Assembly: GCF_001194135.2 (NCBI RefSeq)
Contig: NC_068985.1
Span: 51,845,328 to 51,886,116 of the forward strand
Source of the DNA: Octopus bimaculoides
Lineage: Eukaryota
Direction of reading: 5' to 3'
Length of the DNA: 40,789 nt
Shown: one piece after another, positions 10,375 to 23,351 of the stretch
Numbering within the stretch: position 1 is the stretch's first letter
How the letters are laid out: each line of letters opens with the position of its first letter
The notes under the pieces: generated by a model
The model's database searches: none
Told to the model about the DNA's origin: nothing
Seen by the model: only the letters and a program-made list of their open reading frames with translations
Translations under genes and position numbers: made by a program

Positions 10375-11350
10375 NNNNNNNNNNNNNNNNNNNNNNNNNN
10401 NNNNNNNNNNNNNNNNNNNNNNNNNNNNNNNNNNNNNNNNNNNNNNNNNNNNNNNNNNNNNNNNNNNNNNNNNNNNNNNNNNNNNNNNNNNNNNNNNNNN
10501 NNNNNNNNNNNNNNNNNNNNNNNNNNNNNNNNNNNNNNNNNNNNNNNNNNNNNNNNNNNNNNNNNNNNNNNNNNNNNNNNNNNNNNNNNNNNNNNNNNNN
10601 NNNNNNNNNNNNNNNNNNNNNNNNNNNNNNNNNNNNNNNNNNNNNNNNNNNNNNNNNNNNNNNNNNNNNNNNNNNNNNNNNNNNNNNNNNNNNNNNNNNN
10701 NNNNNNNNNNNNNNNNNNNNNNNNNNNNNNNNNNNNNNNNNNNNNNNNNNNNNNNNNNNNNNNNNNNNNNNNNNNNNNNNNNNNNNNNNNNNNNNNNNNN
10801 NNNNNNNNNNNNNNNNNNNNNNNNNNNNNNNNNNNNNNNNNNNNNNNNNNNNNNNNNNNNNNNNNNNNNNNNNNNNNNNNNNNNNNNNNNNNNNNNNNNN
10901 NNNNNNNNNNNNNNNNNNNNNNNNNNNNNNNNNNNNNNNNNNNNNNNNNNNNNNNNNNNNNNNNNNNNNNNNNNNNNNNNNNNNNNNNNNNNNNNNNNNN
11001 NNNNNNNNNNNNNNNNNNNNNNNNNNNNNNNNNNNNNNNNNNNNNNNNNNNNNNNNNNNNNNNNNNNNNNNNNNNNNNNNNNNNNNNNNNNNNNNNNNNN
11101 NNNNNNNNNNNNNNNNNNNNNATATATATATATATATATAAATATAAGATCCAAGGACTGAGGTGTAGGAAGAAAGTTAGCTTCAAGTTATCTGTAGTAA
11201 ATATAAAAAACAACTTTGAGGGACAATAGTGGTTTATTGAGATGGAAGGTTGTGAATTTTTCTCTTATCGAAGTACGATAAATTGAAAAGTTCTTTTTAT
11301 ACTTCACGGCAGTCAACCAGGCTTGCTGGCTATGTGAATAAAAACACAAG

Positions 11351-11611
11351 AGTTAAGGAATGGAGTAGATAAGATCTGGGCTACGTATGTTTCATAGCAA
11401 GCAGAACCTCAGAAGTGGTAAATATCTAAGTGAGGTGTATACCACAGGCTACTCTGCCGGACAAGGATATCTTGATTATATGAAAGTTTACATTATCGCA
11501 AGGAAGTACATATTAACATGTTAACACCTTGCTTGGATATTTACTACTTCTGAGGTTCTGCTTGCTATGAAACATATGTAGCTCAGATCTAATCTACTCC
11601 ATTCCTTAACT
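11351..11611. repeat. Foldback element: ~92-bp inverted arms (11351-11442 and 11520-11611) with a 77-bp spacer
   Basis: The reverse complement of the right arm matches the left arm at about 90% of positions by eye. Confidence 0.9.
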
Positions 11612-12716
11612 ATTGCATAGATCATCATCATCATCATTGTTTAATGTCCGAATTTCATGCTGGCTTGGGTTGTTTTACTGGGGGACTGGCAAGCCAGTAG
11701 GCTGCGCCAGGCTCCAGTCTGATCTGGCAAGATTTCTACAGTTGGATGCCCTTCGTAATACGAACCACTCCGAGAATGTAGTGGGTGCTTTTTACATGCC
11801 ACTGGCATGGAAGCCAGTCAGGCGGCACTGGCATCGACCACATTCAGATGGTGCTTTTTACGTGCCACCAGCACAGGGAGCCAGTCAGGTGACACTGGCA
11901 TCAACCCATGCTTGAATGGTGCTTATTACGTGCCACCGGCATGGGTGCTAGTCAGACGGCACTGGCATCGGATCCAACTACAATTTCCATTTTGATTTCG
12001 ATCTTGATTTGCTTTTGATTTTTGATTTTTGATTTTACTTGACTCAGTAGGTCTTCTCAAGCACAGCGTATCGCCCGGTGATTCAAGGGTACTTTTAAAT
12101 GGGCTGGTTATGCGACACTGATATAGGCTACAGCTATGATCTTATATTACTTGCCAGGTCTTCTCAGCCACAGCATATCTCCAAAGGTCTTGGTTTCTAG
12201 TCATTGCCTCTGTATATATTTATGCGTGTGCCTTTCTGTCTGTGTTTGTCTCTCCCATCACTACTTAACAACTGGTGTTGGTGTGTTTATGTTCCCATAA
12301 CTTAGTGATTCTGCAAAAGAGACTGATAGAATAAGTACCAGGCTTTAAGAAGACAAGTTCTGGGGTTGATTTGTTCAACTATAAAACCCTTCAAGGTGGT
12401 GCCCTAGCATAGCTGCATTCAAATAGCTGAAACAAAAAAAAAATATCTTATATGCGATGAAATACAGTGGGCAGCAGAAAATAGTTCCAACTTGGTATTG
12501 AAGCAGAACTACACATTTGATTTGTGGAAAATTTCTCACCTCTTTGATGTTTCTTGATAGAAGATATATCTGATTTTTTGGTTGTTTTTTTTTTTTTTAG
12601 TTGTTAGTAAAATAAATGATATGTTATGTAATATATTATTTGATTTATTGTTTTCTTATCAATTTACTGTTGCTGATATTTCTGCTTATTGTTTTTTTTG
12701 TTGTTTTTTTGTGCAG

Positions 12717-12811
12717 GAACACCCACGCACCTTGATTCCAGAATTGTGCCGCCAATTCTATCATTTGGGTTGGTGCACAGGAACTGGTGGAGGAATCAGC
12801 ATAAAACACAA
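12717..12811 (+). CDS. APIP: APIP coding exon ([31 protein letters not shown]), phase 0 to 2
   Basis: Polypyrimidine tract then GTGCAG|GAA; donor AA|GTAAGT; hallmark N-terminal MtnB motif [10 protein letters not shown]. Confidence 0.96.
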
Positions 12812-12864
12812 GTAAGTATTACCCTGAACGAGTCTCCTCCTCCTCCTCCTCCTCCTCCTCCTCC

Positions 12865-12901
<37 letters not shown>

Positions 12902-13738
12902 TTTAATGTTAATTTCCCATGCTTGCATAGGTTGGACGGAATATTTTCAAGGTAAATTTTCTATGATCACATACCCTTCCTGTTGCCAACCACATACCCT
13001 TAACCTGTTACATCATGGCCAGACATGTTTTCACAAAATATTGGAAATAGATGACAATGCTTTTAAGACAGTGGCAATCATTTTACAACTATCATGCGAT
13101 GGCAAGACAAGGGAACACATTCACACATATATGTACACACACACACACGCGCATACATATGGAAGCAGTATGGTAAATGATGATGATGATGACAATTGAT
13201 ATATTTCCATTTTTACGTTTTTTTTCAGTGATCAAATATATATTGCTCCATCAGGTGTTCAGAAAGAAAGAATCAAGGTTGGTTTATTCTTTTATTCTTT
13301 TATTTGCCCAAGGTGCCATTCGGTGGAACTGAACCTGGAACCATGTGGTTGGGAAGCAATCTTCTTACCACACAGCCACGCTTGCATTTCTTTCTTTATT
13401 TTTTGCATTGGTTTATATATGATGTCTCTTCAACCCTTTCAGATCTAAATGCCTAGTACAAAGCGACCCTCCCTCAGTATTGCAACCCTACTCAGTGAGG
13501 GGCCTTGTCTTGCAAGTTACTTGTTTTAGTGTCATGGCTAGTGCCAAGTTATTTATGGTAGTGCTCACTTGTGCTAGTGATGCGAAAAACAGCAAAAAAG
13601 CACTGTTTATGCTCTCTATGGTAGTTCACATTAGGAAGGGCATCCGGCCATAGAAACCATGCCAAAGCTGGTATTGGAGCTAGACATAGTCTTCTGGTTT
13701 GTCAGATCCTGTTGAACTGTCCAACTTATACCAGTGTG

Positions 13739-13771
<33 letters not shown>

Positions 13772-14707
13772 NNNNNNNNNNNNNNNNNNNNNNNNNNNNN
13801 NNNNNNNNNNNNNNNNNNNNNNNNNNNNNNNNNNNNNNNNNNNNNNNNNNNNNNNNNNNNNNNNNNNNNNNNNNNNNNNNNNNNNNNNNNNNNNNNNNNN
13901 NNNNNNNNNNNNNNNNNNNNNNNNNNNNNNNNNNNNNNNNNNNNNNNNNNNNNNNNNNNNNNNNNNNNNNNNNNNNNNNNNNNNNNNNNNNNNNNNNNNN
14001 NNNNNNNNNNNNNNNNNNNNNNNNNNNNNNNNNNNNNNNNNNNNNNNNNNNNNNNNNNNNNNNNNNNNNNNNNNNNNNNNNNNNNNNNNNNNNNNNNNNN
14101 NNNNNNNNNNNNNNNNNNNNNNNNNNNNNNNNNNNNNNNNNNNNNNNNNNNNNNNNNNNNNNNNNNNNNNNNNNNNNNNNNNNNNNNNNNNNNNNNNNNN
14201 NNNNNNNNNNNNNNNNNNNNNNNNNNNNNNNNNNNNNNNNNNNNNNNNNNNNNNNNNNNNNNNNNNNNNNNNNNNNNNNNNNNNNNNNNNNNNNNNNNNN
14301 NNNNNNNNNNNNNNNNNNNNNNNNNNNNNNNNNNNNNNNNNNNNNNNNNNNNNNNNNNNNNNNNNNNNNNNNNNNNNNNNNNNNNNNNNNNNNNNNNNNN
14401 NNNNNNNNNNNNNNNNNNNNNNNNNNNNNNNNNNNNNNNNNNNNNNNNNNNNNNNNNNNNNNNNNNNNNNNNNNNNNNNNNNNNNNNNNNNNNNNNNNNN
14501 NNNNNNNNNNNNNNNNNNNNNNNNNNNNNNNNNNNNNNNNNNNNNNNNNNNNNNNNNNNNNNNNNNNNNNNNNNNNNNNNNNNNNNNNNNNNNNNNNNNN
14601 NNNNNNNNNNNNNNNNNNNNNNNNNNNNNNNNNNNNNNNNNNNNNNNNNNNNNNNNNNNAGATTAATGTAAAATTGTTTTTATTATAACTCAACATAAGA
14701 ACAAACA

Positions 14708-14744
<37 letters not shown>

Positions 14745-17089
14745 CATTGTCATCATTCAACATCTATGTTCCATGCTTGCAACTCTTCTATGGCTGGCTA
14801 ACCATCTTCATGTCAACCCCTTTACATGCTCAGACTTAGTTTTCTTTCAACTGTATTCTACAACAAAGTATTGGCCAAGCAAAAGCTGTGGTACAAAAAA
14901 ACTTGTCTAATGTACCACTTGGTGGGTTTGATCCTGGAACCACATGTTTCTGAAGTAAAATTCTTAACTATACAGCCATACCTGTGCCACTTGCTTCTAC
15001 ATCACATTTGAGTAGTTAGCATTTGGAAAGTAACCAATGCTGACACTGTCAATTGCTGCAATATATTGTAAGATAGTTGTCTGAGTTCGGAGGGGTTACC
15101 TTTCTTTCAAACGGGATACTGTGGTATGTTTCCAAAGATTAGGATCCCTTTTCTCCAATCTTTTGCACCCCACCTGCACTTTTGCCAATCCCCACTCAAC
15201 CACACATACTTAGCTTCTCTGTCCCCATTCACTACTACTCACCTCATACCTTGAGGTACCACCTGGACACCTTGTCACTACTAGTTATCTCTTTGGAGAT
15301 ACTGTTGATTCAGTCTCACTTTCTTCCCTGTATGTGAGTAGAGATGTAGCTCCTCTATGACAAGAACCTGCTTCACCATACCTTCTTCTCTCATACCTTA
15401 ACCCCCCCACCTGTCAAGCATAAAGACACCCCCACCCCACCTCACTCATTGGGTTTTGTTAATTTGTGAGCTACATGGTGACTTGAATAGTGCTGGTGGC
15501 ATGAAAAAAAAGAACCCCACCTGGTACCTATTGTAAATTGGTTGGCATTAGGAAAGACATCCAACTGTAAAAACTTTGCCATTGCAGACATTGGAGCAAG
15601 ATGCAGTCCCAGGACCTGTATGAAGAAGACAATGAAATCTGTTGAGATTCTTGGCAAATAAAATTTTATTCGTTCTGTAAACAAAATGCAAAGGTTGTTA
15701 CTACAAATGACAAAACGTGAAGGAAGTTTGAATGCTATTGTTATTTGTGTAATTGTTGCAGCAGTCAAAAATGGGACGCCGTAGTAGGTTTCCAAAAATT
15801 GCGACATATCATGAATGATGGAAAAGTTTGGGTTATATTCTGAGTGACTGAAGAGGATAGAAGCTGGGATGCAAATTGAGTTGCAAGTATGGAGGCTTTG
15901 TCTGCAAGATTACATATATGTATATTTATATATATATATAATTAATCATCTCAAAGGGAAATGGTAATTAATAAAATGTTCACCTCCAAGTGGCCTAGCG
16001 TATAAAAGTTTAGTCCAAAGACTATGAATTACTCATAAGGTACAGTATACATTTAAATACATAAGAGGAATCCACTCATGGGATTCCTTACACTAGAAAG
16101 AACTGCTAGGTTCTAGAACCACAAAATTAGGGATAAAATCCCGAAAGGAACAAAATGAGAAATGGTAAAAGTTTTTATTTTTCATTTCTTTCCTTTTGGG
16201 GTTTTATAATTATAATATATTATAATATAATATAATGAATTCTGCGTGTGTGTGTGTGTGTGTGTATCCCACCCATGCTAGCATGGAAGGCAGACGTTAA
16301 ATGATGATGATATATATCTAAGTATATATATACTTAATCAGTTTATACAAAGGCAATTTTAAAAGCCATTATGCAAGCCACCAGTTTTCTTTTCAACATG
16401 TTGATAAAAATAAAGCCACTAATTTGGCTAGCTATGCATGGGATCTGTAGACCAACTGCATACCACATACAATCAAGTGGAGAATTATAGAGAAATCTAT
16501 GCCATATATAAATTGATCAAAGAGAAGCAAGTTATACATAGCTGAAAGATCACACATTCTTTTTTGGTCCAAGAATTCCACCATACTACTTAATTCTAGA
16601 TCTGAAATATTTAGCAAATGCGAGCACATAGACAAGTTTCTTTTGTTCAGCTGAAGGATGCCACCTGCTCTGGATTGAGTAGCTTTCTCACAGAATTTGG
16701 CCTTCTTTCTGTTATATTACTCTACTCTAACTAGATTAATTATGTTTTCTATAGACAAAGAGAATGAAGATCTTGGTTTTCTTACTTTTCTTTTCTTTCT
16801 TCTTGTTCCACTTTTTGCATCACCTTTCTTTGCATGTTTCTAGTCTTGGTTTTGCTCGTGTTTTCTCATAGACCAATGCCTTAGTTTTTAAATACATCTA
16901 ATGATATGCACTGTGCCTGAAAGATAACTTGGAGATACATGGCATGCTATATAAATCTGCCAGTTTATTGTATCTCTAAAGCATAAAGCTATTAGTAACT
17001 CTTTTGTAAATTGTGTATATTAAATGATATTTATCTCTCACTGGATGGAGTACTTTTTTGTTGATCCAACTTATAATGGAACTGTAAAC

Positions 17090-17140
<51 letters not shown>

Positions 17141-20100
17141 TCATCATCATTGTTTTAGTGGCCATTTTTCAATGATCACATGAGTTTGTAGGACTTCATG
17201 GTTGAGAAGTAGAAAGGAGGGTTCCGCAAAATAAGTTGTTAGTAGAGATCCTTTTGGCAAGGGACTGAAAGGATTAGCTGCAGTTTGTAAAGCAAGAGAG
17301 CCTGCAGCTTGTCTGATGCATTGAAGCATCCTTTATTTTTGGATAATGGCGCTGCAGAAATTGTATGCCAAGTAGAAGCCATCTAGATTATAAGGGTGAA
17401 TGAATTTCTTGAAGTGTTGTAATGGGTGCTCTTTGTCTGCACTGCTGCCTTGCACTTGTGAATGAATTATTTGAGGGACTGGAGCTGTGAGTTTTGGATC
17501 ATCATCACCATCATCATCATATAACATTAGTTTTCCATGCTGTCATGAGTTGGATGGTTCAACAGGATCTGACTTGTCAGAAGACTGCACAAAGCCCTAA
17601 AGTCTCCATGCTGTATATAAGTAGTTTCTATGACTCAATGCCATTTCTAACAGCAACTACGTTACAGAGTGTATGTGTTGCTTTTTGTATAGCAATGACA
17701 CTTGTGTAGTCATCAAGTAAATTGTTAGATAAAATCCCTTATTATGTAAGGGTGTAGAATTGAGAAAGATAGCTTTTTGCCAGATGCTGTGAGACTAAAG
17801 CAGTGATTCCCAGACGTTTTTGGGTTGCCACCCCCTTGGTACCTAGCCACATTCCTAGCGTCCTCCCCCCACCACTGCAGACACAGACCACTTTCTGCAG
17901 CGAATTTGAAACAACTGTATTTCACAAAGAAAACTTAACCTAATTAATCCATTATTTTGTCGTTTTTACATCCATCACCCTCTTTCGGCCACCCCATTAT
18001 CACCCATTTTTCAATGGATCACTACTCCTCCTGGATCTTTCCACTGCCCATAGGGAGGCAGTACTGCCTATTTTGAGAATCACTGGGCTAAAGTATGATA
18101 GGAGAACTGGAACAAGTTCCTTGCTGTAGAGGGGACACATGACTACCCCAGCTGGAAAAGAAAAAGGATTTTGGTGAAGATGTGTCAGGATGTACCCTCA
18201 AAGTACAGGATGGTGACTTTAGAGAAGTGGTATGGGTGGGTCAGTAAGTTTATGGGATGTGTGTGTGTGTGTGTGTGTGTGTGTGATATGTAATGCAGAG
18301 GAAAGTACAAGCTGGAAAGAAAGCAATTGAAATGTTGCATCAGTAATACATCTGAAAAGATGTAAAATAGTCCAAAAACAAACATAGACATAGTTAAGTG
18401 TGAGTTAACATAGTTTAATGAACTAAAAAGAATTTTTAATTAATTGAAATTTCAAGTGTATCGTAAATATCTTTGACAAATTTTTCAAAGAAGGTGAGGG
18501 GAGAGAACTCCAATCTATAAATTGATTGAACATTCAGTGGAGACATGCAGTGGAGAGTGAGTCTGATCATTGGTAAAGATAGTGATAGTTCTGGACATGT
18601 TTCAGTCCTATTAGACCTCCTTGTTCAAGTATAGTTTAACGCATATTTCTTAGCTCATTGAATGAATTTTGGGGTATTTATGTTTTTTATGAAAATTACT
18701 GATTTGGCAATTTAAAATTTTCAAGAGTGTTTTCTGTGGAAAAATACAGTCAATAAATATTTCATTTTAGAAAGTTTAATTATATGGTGGATGCATGTGG
18801 CCTAATGGTTAGGGTATTTGGCTCACAATCATAAGGTCATGAGTTCAATTCCCACCAGCGTGTTGTGTCCTTGAGCAAGACACTTTATTTCACGTTGTTC
18901 CAGCCCACTCAGCTGGCAAAAATGAGTAGCACCTATATTTCAAAGGAGCCAGCTTTGTCACATTCTGTGTCATGCTGAATCTCCCTAAGAACTAGGTTAA
19001 GGGTACATGTGTCTGTGGAGTACTCAACCACTTTTATGCTAATTTCACGAGCAGGTTATTCTGTTGATTGGATCAACTGGAACCCTCATCGTTGTAACTG
19101 ATGGAGTGCCAGTTAATTACTTGGTGCCTTCAGTTTATAAAGTATCTCAGTTACTATTATGAAGTTGAAGTAAACTGCTGGCTAGTTAAATCAGTAACCC
19201 TGGTTCAAATTCTGGAACAAGCCATTTTCATTTCCCTTATATGCAATTATTTACTTAAGTTACTCTTCTGGGGAAAGTATGAATGTTCTAAATTCCTATC
19301 TTTGATTCCTTGAATGAAAAGAATAAAAGACAAACAAACCTGTATAACTTTGTATTTTGTAGTCTGAAGATCTGTTTATTGTGAATATCAATGGGGACAC
19401 AACCGAGGAGCCGCCACCTTCCAAAAAGTTGAAGATTTCTCAATGCACTCCCTTGTTTATGAATGCCTTTACAATGAGAGGTAAGACACATTGTCCAATT
19501 TTTAAAAGTATTTCTGTTAGTTGTGTATGCATTGACATTACCATAGTCATTAACATTACCATTGTTATAAAATCAAGTTCACATTTACCTAAGGCCTCAA
19601 TCAGCTATGGTCGACCCTGTTTCTGCACATGAATGCTGAGGCCTGGGCATGATCTTTTGAAGAAGACTGGCAGTTGTCCTATGAACAAGGTTGGTTTTAA
19701 GCCAACTAAACAGATTTGTTCAGACTGGGCCCCACGCCAAGAGAGGGCTCCACACACATGCTCAAGTGGAGGTCAACATGATGAATTTTTAGTATATCAT
19801 TGTGGCTAATGGTGGAGCTTCAAGCCCTCAATGCTTTTTGGCTGGGACTGGCATACTACATGATACATAAAATATCACTCTTCAACTATTGTAGTGTAAA
19901 GGGTTCTACTGACAATTCTCTGATTGAACCCCGCACTTCCTAGCACCGGCCTTACTTATGAATGCAAATCTCCTTTCTCTATGCCGCTGATGTTTAAGGG
20001 AAAGGCCACTGATTCAAGCTGATGCAAGTTTACATCAATATTACTAGTTGCAGTGCTATCAGAATGCAAAGAACTGAAGTTGATATCACAAGGTATCTTG

Positions 20101-20458
20101 ATCTGACTCTCTAACACTCCCATCAATCCATTACCCTGGATTGGTACAATTTTATCAACCTTAAAAGGATAAAAAGACTGACCTCAATAGGATTTGAACT
20201 CAGGGTGTTGAGACGATAAGGCATTCTATTTAATACTCCAATCATCATCATCATCATCATTTTAACATTCACTTTTCCGTGCTTGCAAGGGCCTAATGGA
20301 ATTTATTGAGGCAGATTTTACTACAGCCAGATGCTTTTCCAATACCCACCTTTACCTTTTCCAAGAAAAGTAATAATTCACTATAGATAACCATGTTTTC
20401 ATAGAACATCGGAAATTAACGACACTGCTTGTATGGTAGTGATGCTCATCTACAACTA

Positions 20459-20501
<43 letters not shown>

Positions 20502-23309
20502 CAAAGCGTTGGTTGGCTTGAGGCTATAATAGAAGAGACTTGCTCAGGTGCTGTGTAGCAGGACAGCACCCAAAACTGCATGATTGCAAAGCAAGATTTT
20601 TAATGGCAAAGCCATGATTTCACCTAAAATTTCTGTACATACATTGGCCAGGAAATGTATATGTATGTATGTATGTATGTATGTGTGTGTGTGTGTGTGT
20701 GTGTGCATCTGTGTATGTGTGCATGTATGTTATGTCATCAAAAGGTCAATATACATTTTTATTTATAATTTTATTTTCGTCATAAATATAAAATTATATT
20801 TTTATATGTATTTAATAAAATTTCCTCCTCTCTTAATCTAATGAGGTCTTCAGACATAAAAACTTTCTCCAGTACTGATCTACGTTCATGTATATATATA
20901 TTTTTTTTTATCTAACCTTTTAATTGCGAAATTAAATTTCTTGGTTATTCCAGTAATGACATGTAATATCTACCAAAAAATAGAATGGGTACTTTAAGTA
21001 AGCCATGTTGCTTCAACAAACTTAACATGTACTCAGGATATCAATCTCTTGGAAACTGTTCAGAAACATGCAACCAGACGAATACCCACTGTCAGGCATC
21101 TACCATACTCTGAACATCGTGCTTCACTGTGTTGTTGTTGTTGTTGGCACTCCATCGCTTACGACGTCGAGTGTTCCAGTTGATCCGATCAACGGAACAG
21201 CCTGCTCGTGAAATTAGCATGCAAGTGGTTGAGCACTCCACAGACACGTGTACCCTTAACGTAGTTCTCGGGGATATTCAGCGTGACACAGTGTGACAAG
21301 GCTGACCCTTTGAATTACAGGCACAACAGAAACAGGAAGAAAGAGTGACAGAAAGTTGTGGTGAAAGAGTACAGCAGGGTTCGCCACCATCCCCTGCCGG
21401 AGCCTCGTGGAGCTTTAGGTGTTTTCACTCAATAAACACTCACAACACCCGGTCTGGGAATCGAAACCACGATCCTATGACCGCGAGTCCGCTGCCCTAA
21501 CCACTGGGCCATTGCACCTCCACGCTTCACTGGGTATGGACACATTAAAGCTCAAGTGTTTGGCAACTGATTTGGTTGAGACCCACAAGATTATCCACCA
21601 TCTTTCCAACAACAACCTCGGGCACCTTTTTGAATTGCATATGCCTAATACTTGTGGACATGCTTACAAAATTTAAAAAAAAACTACACAACACCTTTGA
21701 CTTTTGGAAACATCTTTTCATGCTCAGAATTGCTGAAACATGGAATAAACTACCCATGTTACTTGTTAGCTGTCAGGATACTACATCCTTCAAAACTTCC
21801 ATGCTTTCCAAAATTTGCTCTTCCTATTTTTACTTCTTTGTTTTTTTTCTTAAATGACTCACTTTCTATGCATTATTCTATGTACTGTTCATGCACTTTG
21901 GCTACTTTTACTCATGAGTTGTAGTGCATCTGAGTAATGTATACAATAAGTTCAGTATTATATAAATATAATTTTTATTTGCCTGTCGTGGTACTTAAAT
22001 GAGAATGAGATGTAAGGGGACAATGTTTTTGAGATTCCGGTCCGAATGACATGAGTGTTTTTGTTTCACTTTTGACACGTAATACTTAAATAGTGGAGGA
22101 GATATGATGTTGCTGTGGGCTGGAAGTATGCAAGAAGTTAAAAATTTATTTTGACTAAAACAACCGGGACCCTAAGTAAGGCATGTGTAAAATTTGAATA
22201 AAATTGGTTGTGTAGTTCTGAAGTTTTAGGGATTCACACAGACACACAGACATACATTCTCAATTATATATATATATAGATTATTTCAAACATGACATTC
22301 CTTAACAGAAGAAAAATTGGTATATAAAACTGCTTTCTACAGTTAAGAGTAGTGAAATTTTGAGTGAGTATAAATGGGTTAAAATTTGAGGAAGATATGA
22401 AATGTCCGTGACATTTACCAGTTTTCTTAGACTGATGAGATTGATGTGATTGATGTGTCTAATGTGACTGATGTCCAACCTCAGTGGGAATCTTTGCTAT
22501 AGAGTCTTCAGAGCTGCGTCTATGACTTTGTTTTTGCTTTCATCAATCCTTTGTTTAATAATTACCATATTGTATTGCTGCAGATGCTGGTGCTGTGATT
22601 CACACACATTCAAAGTTTGCTGTGATGGCAACGTTGTTATTCCCTGGAACAGAGTTTCTTGTCACTGGCCTGGAAATGATCAAAGGGATCAAGAAATGTA
22701 AATCAAGTATGTTGACAATCTTATCTTAGTTTCAAATTGATGTCTTATTTTTCATTTTTTTGAGTGTCATCATCATCGTTTAATGTCTGTTTTCCTGTGC
22801 TGGCATGGGTTGGATAGTTTCACAGCATTGTCCATGACAACCAATGCTAGTGAGATCACTGCATATCTTGAAAGACAAGACTGCTTGAAAATAGTGGAGT
22901 TTGCTTGACCAGTGGTGCCATTGTAGAAGTGACCATACAACAATATAGACGTTGTATGGATGGTAGTTGAACCAAGAAAGAAAGATCAGGCTTGGCTGAG
23001 CACCGGTCACGTGGTGTGAGAGGAGAGAGGTAGAGGCAGAGGGATAGAAGAATCAGGGAGGGATGAGAAAAAAAGAAGAGGAACAGAGGGAAGTGAAAGA
23101 GGAGGGAAGGTGAGAATGAAGGGAAAGCCAGGAAATGTGAGATAGGGGGAAAGAACGAAGTAAGTGTGAAGGGGCTGATAGAAAGAAAGAAAGAATAAGA
23201 GAGTCATACAAAATTTAGATATATGTATATATGTACTTACATATAAGAGATGTACGCCACTATCTATATATATAAAAATGAGAATGTGTGTCTGTCTGTC
23301 TGTCTGTCG

Positions 23310-23351
<42 letters not shown>

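Noticed and set aside
11520-11611. Hammerhead ribozyme in the foldback arms
   Set aside because: GAAAC...GTA is present, but there is no CTGANGA core, stem II or adjacent stem I
16620-16900. Possible further zinc-finger or LINE tail on the minus strand ([12 protein letters not shown])
   Set aside because: Only a partial resemblance; no complete Cys/His spacing
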